Source: Bugula neritina (lineage: Eukaryota > Animalia > Bryozoa). From it: DNA of 64,000 bases. The stretch is taken from positions 22,212,628 through 22,276,627 of the forward strand of contig OZ037767.1 of assembly GCA_964035545.1 (NCBI GenBank). Direction: 5' to 3'. The first letter of the stretch is position 1. Each line of letters opens with the position of its first letter. Made by a program: the position numbers and the translations under genes. Below the pieces are notes generated by a model. It did not search any database. It was not told the DNA's origin and saw only the letters and a program-made list of their open reading frames with translations. Of the stretch, positions 61,201 through 64,000 are shown in pieces.

Positions 61201-63493
61201 GCCCAAGTTCCAAAGTGCAATGTTCTAGTAAAGGAAATCTTGAAGCAGGAATGTATAATTGCTCGAAACTCTAAAACTTGCTAGCTGTATAGCCTACCAG
61301 TAGCAACAGATCAAAAACAAGTTTAGAAGTATTGAGTTTTTTGAAACCTCAAACTTCAAAACACTAATCATATAAAATAAAATATTTTGGGGACAAATGT
61401 AATTATCAAAATATGAATACATCTTCAATTTTTATGTTAAGTTGTTAAAATTGTGACAAATTAGAATGTACTAACTAGCTTGCATATTCTGCCTACTAAG
61501 CTCCAGTACATATGAATGAGTCACACCTACCCCTCGTACGCAGAACCCCTTCTTATAAAAGTCAGAACATTCAGGGGGATCTATCTCAGCGTACTCTGGT
61601 ATTATATCTATACAGCCCTTTGTTAAGTAGCCATCCACATCAGTAAAGTACTGAAACAAGAAACGGTTGAAAAGTTATTTTGAAGTTGTAATAAATAGTG
61701 CAAAAAAGAAACAGCTATATAGTGGTGTGATTATAGCATTGGCCTAATATGGCAGGCTAGGTCATAAGGTATAGCCTTAGGATCATTGTTGATGTCAGAA
61801 AAGGCTCCTATAAGGCACAAGGAAAAGCCCTCAGACTAAATTGGCAACTCTCCTTTAAAGTCTTTACTGCCATAGATTTGCACAAGGAAACTTCAAACAA
61901 ATTTGAGTTTTAGATAAGGCAAAAAAGTCAGTAGAAATTGTATGTTTATCATCGAAATCATTTTTCCTAATATTTTTATAACCATATTTCCATATGCTAC
62001 TAAGCAGAAACTTTGAACAGCTGGCGAAGGGATACAAGTAAACTTTCAACAATATGACACTTCATTGAGATGGTTTTGTAAGTTGCAAGAATTCTATTCA
62101 GTAATATTACAATTACCCCAATATACTATAATAATACTATAATACTATCATGCTATAATACTATGATACTACAATGCTATATATAATACTGTAATGCTGC
62201 AATACTATAATACTATAATACCACCATGCTGTAATCCTGTAATACTATAATACTATATTATAATTCTGTAATGCTGTAATAACATGAAGTGATAGTACCA
62301 TCATATTATAATAGATGCTTGGCTTTAAAAATGGCATTAAGTTAGTATATTTGAATTGGCATACATATTCTATATTATATCGCCAATATTAAATTACACA
62401 ATTAATACTATATTATACAATCTTCTAACCCAGCAGCCATCATACTGTCCACAGAAGATGTCGTTCTCCCGACACTCCACAATTGTCTGCCCACTGACCT
62501 GCTTCTTCAAGCAATATGGACAAGGAATAGTGCCGGCCGGCTGATCTGTGGGAGGGATCTCTTCAGCAACGGTGCTAGCAATTTCTATTGACAAAGAAAT
62601 AAACTATTGTTGCTATTCTCTTAAACTAGCATTGATTTTCTCCCAAAATTAAAAGGATGAAGTCATTGACACAACTTAGAGTTAAAATGCATTTGTTTTT
62701 AAGCATGTGTAGACTGTAGTACAGTATGGTGCAACAAAAAGCTATGATTTAGTTGTAGTGTTCAACACACAGCTTCACAGTTTATCCAGTCACAGTTTTC
62801 TTAAAGTATCTAATGGAACAAAGATTGCCTGAAAATGGCTTGCAACTCTTGTGGGCCAGGTTTTTCATCATTGATACTGTTTTGTTCTTCTAGCATAATG
62901 ATGTAAAGATAAATTAAAATACAGAAGTATTTTTTATGTATATATTATGAAATTAAGAATCTCTGATTACTAAATAAAATGTATTTAAAAAGGAATAGTT
63001 TGAAAACAGACCCACTAAAATGGAACACATCACTATGAACTCATCAAAATTATTGTAGGTGATGGGAAAACTGCTATTTAAAAAAGCAGTACTGGCACTA
63101 AACGTGGGGTTTCTAACATGCATGTGTTGATTGAAAAAAAAAGAAAAAATTTTTGATTGACTATGAGGACTGGTGACATGTTTTAGAAAAATGTCACTTA
63201 AATAATGCTGCATTAATCAACAGGAGTTTTCGATATAATTTTATGTCAATCAAATAGTTCTATATATGTCATTATTATTCTGTATGGCTATGATTATAAG
63301 GAAATGTAGAGCATACTAGTAGTCAAGGAGGGCCAGCCCTGAAAGACTGGTGTGATGTCATCAGGGAAGGCTAGCTCAGTTCTTAGTACTGGAGGTGTAG
63401 TGCTCAAGATGGGTGTAGCTGTTATGTTGAGAGTACTTGAGGCATTTGTGGTATTCAAGCTACTAGGTGCCATATCTTCACCACAGAGCACAC
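46225..63493 (-). CDS. Ly6/three-finger-like 10-Cys GPI-type protein with Ser/Thr-rich stalk (5'-partial); last intron contains the Polinton
   Basis: Exons 63493-63317, 62584-62430 (CPYC...GCW), 61650-61531 (KGC...C...C), 46341-46225 (FCISCD + hydrophobic tail). Phases are consistent. The signal-peptide exon was not found in the window. Confidence 0.75.
46459..46562. other. 104-nt imperfect terminal palindrome/hairpin (left end)
   Basis: 50-nt and 51-nt arms around a 3-nt loop at 46509-46511; 45 pairs, 5 mismatches, 1 bulge. Confidence 0.92.
46459..46954 (+). repeat. Left terminal inverted repeat (496 bp)
   Basis: Reverse complement of 60515-61010. The only differences seen are 4 substitutions at 46913-46915 and 46920. 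Confidence 0.95.
46961..47482 (-). CDS. Polinton unknown beta-rich protein, paralog A (173 aa)
   Basis: Shares KELYWTDK, YPSHKPxDV and ALPFxYVxxKLYYN with 47479-48006 and, more weakly, with 59455-59943. Confidence 0.85.
   Translation of the reverse strand: MNIYKFSKVNITTNKAYITSIIPKREFYYYEDINSFTVDLINDYLVNKSIEITHALLQFYNESSPNNKTKELYWTDKKLGLHIRNSVNPFDESKENIFYTISGAEHNVPYSKININKVVNANNNFSFTIALSNNYPSHKPNDVILVNTPSEDATNALPFDYVYLKLYYNSLTN
47479..48006 (-). CDS. Polinton unknown beta-rich protein, paralog B (175 aa)
   Basis: Same motifs as paralog A; ATGA stop/start overlap with A. Confidence 0.85.
   Translation of the reverse strand: MSSVYIFGNSAKATIINEKPYITNIVIPSEFIYYDGSSSGFGGTLIKDFLVDEPIEITNILVQFYGEQAHNTKELYWTDKRIGLQVRNSAEIFGVSDENTFYDISGSEHNLPFSEISVNKVIEANKNFSISIALSKTYPSHKPSDVILTDTPASEITAAALPFHYVLIKLYYNYK
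48007..48408 (-). CDS. Adenain-like cysteine (maturation) protease
   Basis: GTHWVAW, YFDSFG and Q...CGHLC catalytic motifs. Confidence 0.93.
   Translation of the reverse strand: MNIKLPNKALSNIELEFTIKKLKILFFRGVFSRNDLPDKPRKKECGILNLDDLMGNGTHWVAWYKNGNKKYYFDSFGLHPPLEIMKYLKPPIFYNTERVQKFNTVICGHLCLYWLKEMSKHESPQLIINKLLI
48405..52058 (-). pseudogene. Protein-primed family B DNA polymerase (~1217 aa) with one in-frame TAA at 48915-48917
   Basis: Exo YADFE, FIHNLSGYD, YLDANNLYG, KLMNNSVFGK. Reading through the stop gives HKYNNKAQLLFTDTDSLMY into the 152-aa ORF. N-terminal Rho-N/HeH-like helix pair, OTU-like C/H motifs (NKCFMWAI, NHYTYIKN) and an EndoVII-like insert (CYIC...DHCH...HKNCN). Confidence 0.95.
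52137..52364 (-). CDS. Polinton small hypothetical protein (~75 aa from the second Met)
   Basis: ORF in the gene-dense element; an AAAAAAATGA box 27-36 nt upstream of the ATG at 52364 favours that start. Confidence 0.55.
   Translation of the reverse strand: MDLTVELLDKLIAEAEQKKYTPLLEYLYIPVINNISLKEINFRTRKQIPNINKYFYIKSILKREAYKLKEENSSR
52407..52886 (+). CDS. Polinton two-TM, coiled-coil membrane protein (159 aa)
   Basis: ATAAATG start, two adjacent hydrophobic helices, C-terminal DSHIDEEEY loop. Confidence 0.75.
   Translation: MDFRREKLELLNDEIIKLENEYEQKLNCFNWLSKSLKIISGLCGTMNLICGVIITALLNANVTKQTLLPLSIIVSIMSVITTSISSQDTKLIKSTLMYLDIYTFIKDSKLEINSMLSKFLSDSHIDEEEYDAITEKYKNINSVISDKISDIIIARNNVC
52964..53356 (-). 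CDS. Polinton hypothetical protein (130 aa) flanked by 24-bp direct repeats
   Basis: ATAAATG start; internal E-x-I-x-Y(K) beta-like repeats. Confidence 0.7.
   Translation of the reverse strand: MSTVITYKSLDGTPITETIYKNNDCEKRVYEGGDIKERIIYKKFNILDEMNNSTNECGLLEEITYNNKKEIIYKEDNGKIKIKTIYKTKEIIQELNVSLMNYAAARIPSFFTKLKYAEDEIEKRRNDALH
53376..53945 (-). CDS. Putative virion core/membrane-active precursor with multiple adenain sites (189 aa)
   Basis: MSGG|FLGALLGIA amphipathic segment; IKGK|G, MKGN|G and IKGE|G match the adenain (M/I/L)xG(G|x or x|G) consensus. Confidence 0.7.
   Translation of the reverse strand: MGYCEIIGNVPQAQKQKIMNAYRSNKGCVIKLPLESGNDKLVVTKTQNDNILKALNANKKNITLEMSPSLVKTNASMSGGFLGALLGIATRVIPTLLKTIIPGVLSGAASAGVERAIKGKGLYLKKGGCVCSVEPNLNGSITLKPVASSNLMKGNGLYLKQGSSYIKGEGLILGPNSPFKNIPLLGMLL
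53958..54716 (-). CDS. Minor capsid protein (penton, PX); probable true start mutated ATG>ATA at 54714
   Basis: PPIELN, YSFPNI, LPIGVYE, LGF, SPGYKIIEKP..LIYLPV, TDQ.G..LDL.GE motifs; located just after the MCP. The frame is open for 18 codons upstream of the Met at 54662, back to TAAATA. Confidence 0.85.
   Translation of the reverse strand: MDNRILREIADNTASKQTMTIGVTDTKTRIITQLNPPIELNKNKKYEMCLISLDTFYSFPNISADRNSYRWSKDGGITWYLVSLPIGVYELDQLEEAIQDEIVKEGGNRNGITLQANKVTFRIILKLKQNYQIDFNIENSLRDVLGFDAAIYNQPYIEATNIVNILNINAIHVQVDCINGSYIDGTYKPVIYSFFPSVSPGYKIIEKPHNLIYLPVHVKYIKTLTVTVTDQKGNLLDLSGEQLSIRFHLREV
54717..55993 (-). pseudogene. Double-jelly-roll major capsid protein (PY/hexon-like, ~424 aa) with a +2 (TA) frameshift near 55686
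   Basis: Removing one TA from the (TA)n run joins the 102-aa and 314-aa ORFs as ...LEYINNPGHASTMMGLLTYPDDY. Motifs PSKSYLIIEG, KPKYIIVGFQ, LNSERYP, FVIDVSKQ. Confidence 0.88.
56015..56326 (-). CDS. Putative membrane-lytic virion precursor (adenovirus pVI-like role), 103 aa
   Basis: YAGG|GIFDTIKNVVTKIA amphipathic cationic helix, KKRKQKK basic patch, C-terminal LEGS|G site. Confidence 0.7.
   Translation of the reverse strand: MYVYDKRQRLQRHYAGGGIFDTIKNVVTKIASNSSVRELGKKAIAKAGTAAGEKIVNAIKKRKQKKLNAKSQAILQKLNQTKNILNNSNISNILEGSGQAIAY
56330..57136 (-). CDS. Conserved Polinton protein of unknown function (268 aa)
   Basis: TRGLLSLLT, DLANYANIL and QVGVG + YLSSDPNALVERLELLISSAKAGNTG motifs that I recognise from animal Polintons. 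Confidence 0.75.
   Translation of the reverse strand: MSYLKIHDPIKRDKTVQDFISRKNKLKENFKRERERELNAAMAQEKYFEPVIASQAQTTDALKQLLTLPNYNVQPAITDGVINLDEFTQNALAGLEPGAYNVKWDGNRHVIGTKPISFNDGKIIFENEEYLATRGLLSLLTRKTPIGYDDNDLANYANILDNSGAIYQSKHGPIDKNSEKWKNIVRPIWEQLYPQRAKLADSKKAKRQVGVGVVYLSSDPNALVERLELLISSAKAGNTGVRNEIVSILDELLRMKIITRDYYKSILV
57151..57310. repeat. Intergenic array of TTTGTGTC/GACACAAA octamers (11 copies, both orientations)
   Basis: 8 forward and 3 reverse copies, including three ~31-bp units. Confidence 0.9.
57316..58680 (-). pseudogene. Zn ribbon-PLA2-rve integrase-chromodomain fusion (~454 aa) with one in-frame TGA at 58030-58032
   Basis: YCCKCK...CGQCG; NFLGPGT...RHDVCY; WAADLVD, IDVFSKYG*IIPLK, WVDKGKEF, VERWNRT; C-terminal YRIERVIKK...LVKWLGYPDSQNSWV. 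The two ORFs are in the same frame, with 65 open codons between them. Confidence 0.92.
58693..59451 (+). CDS. A32/FtsK-like genome-packaging ATPase
   Basis: Walker A GKSGCGKT, Walker B IIFDD, RGRHNN, LSQNYF, TIRENAN. Confidence 0.95.
   Translation: MEIENLSWKNEINRNNNPLLPKSIRGLIVGKSGCGKTTLLCNLLLQPNWLDYDKLMIYGKSLSQPEYINMRKAFERKLTKEEILNFFKNSDAIINSGINVNRVLKNSRGNGNIDAEFIESSDDVYDPSELDASNKNLIIFDDLMLEKQKTCESYYVRGRHNNVDCFYLSQNYFKLPRNTIRENANFICLFPQDGKNLNHIYQDHVNGDLTLNEFKNFCYKGWQKPHGFITLDLSSSKNNGRYRHGLDEFYIP
59455..59943 (+). CDS. Polinton unknown beta-rich protein, paralog C (162 aa)
   Basis: LYWKDK, SRKPND and ALPF...LKLYYNYK shared with paralogs A and B. Confidence 0.85.
   Translation: MSVYKFGESLAKAKKENYIERVVTKNNNVFIQSFSTTINIGMLLGYIVDKPIELKYALLEFQHLPANNNNPLYWKDKNLTLIIGDVNNPLEHNTKEYIIQGGVARVKIPMLEYIESDKNIGLVLHCSNDYTSRKPNDITVNDNAPIALPFELVSLKLYYNYK
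59940..60716 (+). CDS. Putative fibre protein (258 aa) with ~40-aa repeats; 3' end inside the right TIR
   Basis: GTLDMGENKI...PVDDQDVATKKYVD trimeric-fibre-type neck motif, then ~4.6 repeats (KIQ...KLTVSTxxGNIVDS.L.VSDxIT..NINNxA). Confidence 0.75.
   Translation: MSVYKFGGSEKTKIDTKKFVLINGSSTLTGTLDMGENKISRVINPVDDQDVATKKYVDDTSIPKIQNPVNQLTISTDDGRVIDSDLKVDDVVTKTNVSSYAVPLIRDPSEKLTVSTNTGNIVDSNLSVSDVITTNNINNFAINKIQPANEKLTVSTTSGNVADSSLSVSDIITTSNINNFAMNKIQPIIGGKLLMLSSDGNIVETNINISDLITINNINNYAIPKLQGAVGNKLVISTSDGNIIESTESQPTFPSYNV
60515..61010 (-). repeat. Right terminal inverted repeat (496 bp)
   Basis: Reverse complement of 46459-46954. Confidence 0.95.
60907..61010. other. 104-nt imperfect terminal palindrome/hairpin (right end) with C-GAA-G loop on the 3'-terminal strand
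   Basis: CGAGTC-GAA-GACTCG apex; the terminal 18 nt pair perfectly with 60907-60924. Confidence 0.92.
62120..62280. repeat. Degenerate (AATACTAT)n simple repeat, intronic
   Basis: Visible low-complexity tandem array. Confidence 0.7.
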
Positions 63494-64000
63494 CTGTAGT
63501 TAGAAAATACATTGTAAAATTACATAATACTGTTTACTAAAACATTGTTAGTTATTTGCTCTTGAAGTTTATATTGAAGTAGCACTGTGATTAACAACAT
63601 AAATGTAATACGCTAATACGTAATTTCTAGTCTATAGAGACTAATAGCACTGAAAGCATATGTGAACATAAAGATGGAAAAACTATTATAGCTCTAGGTT
63701 GCAAAAATTAAATAATTTTTAATATTTTGCATATAATACGTGAAGCAAGAAGTTTCAGTAAGTCATTTTACTTTGAAATTTTTAAGAAAGTTTATATGAA
63801 TATTAGGCAGGGTTTTGGTATTTCTTAAACTAATTTTCTTTGTTAAAACTGCTTGAGATTTGTGTTCTCCTGCTGAAGAAGCAATTTCGGTTTTTCTGTA
63901 CATGATCAAAGCTAAACTTTGTGGCCGTGACTGCAACCAATATTTAGTTTATAAAAGTGGCATTGTTCTCGGAAAGACTGTTATTATGAATTTTACAAAT

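Overview
AT-rich, intron-rich invertebrate (animal) genomic DNA. I assembled host genes by eye from GT-AG exon chains with consistent phase. They are an MS4A/CD20-like four-TM gene (+, 283-5183), a two-exon orphan gene (-, 8150-9093), a tandem pair of secreted charged-repeat genes (one keeps a GAPR-1-type CAP domain at 21720-29510, the other lacks it at 10884-16830), SLC35F6 (-) head-to-head with PSMB6 (+), and a tandem pair of 10-Cys, probably GPI-anchored Ly6/three-finger-like genes (-). Mobile DNA includes a solo LTR, a hAT-like non-autonomous transposon, SINE copies and a young Gmr1-type Gypsy element whose RT is deleted. The main feature is a complete 14,552-bp Polinton/Maverick (adintovirus-like) at 46459-61010 with a 6-bp TSD and 496-bp TIRs, sitting in the last intron of a host gene. 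Each end of this element is a 104-nt GC-rich imperfect hairpin with a C-GAA-G triloop, which could self-prime. 14 of its 16 genes start with ATAAATG (poxvirus-late-like), and two have AAAA(A/T)TGA boxes about 30 nt upstream, suggesting a helper-virus-dependent, virophage-like lifestyle. Its integrase is fused behind a Zn ribbon and a parvovirus-type PLA2. Both arms carry a family of putative fibre/spike proteins with a shared N-terminal M(S/N)xYxF motif, and the fibre 3' end lies inside the TIR. Four core genes each carry one visible lesion. All assignments come from motif recognition by eye; no searches were run.
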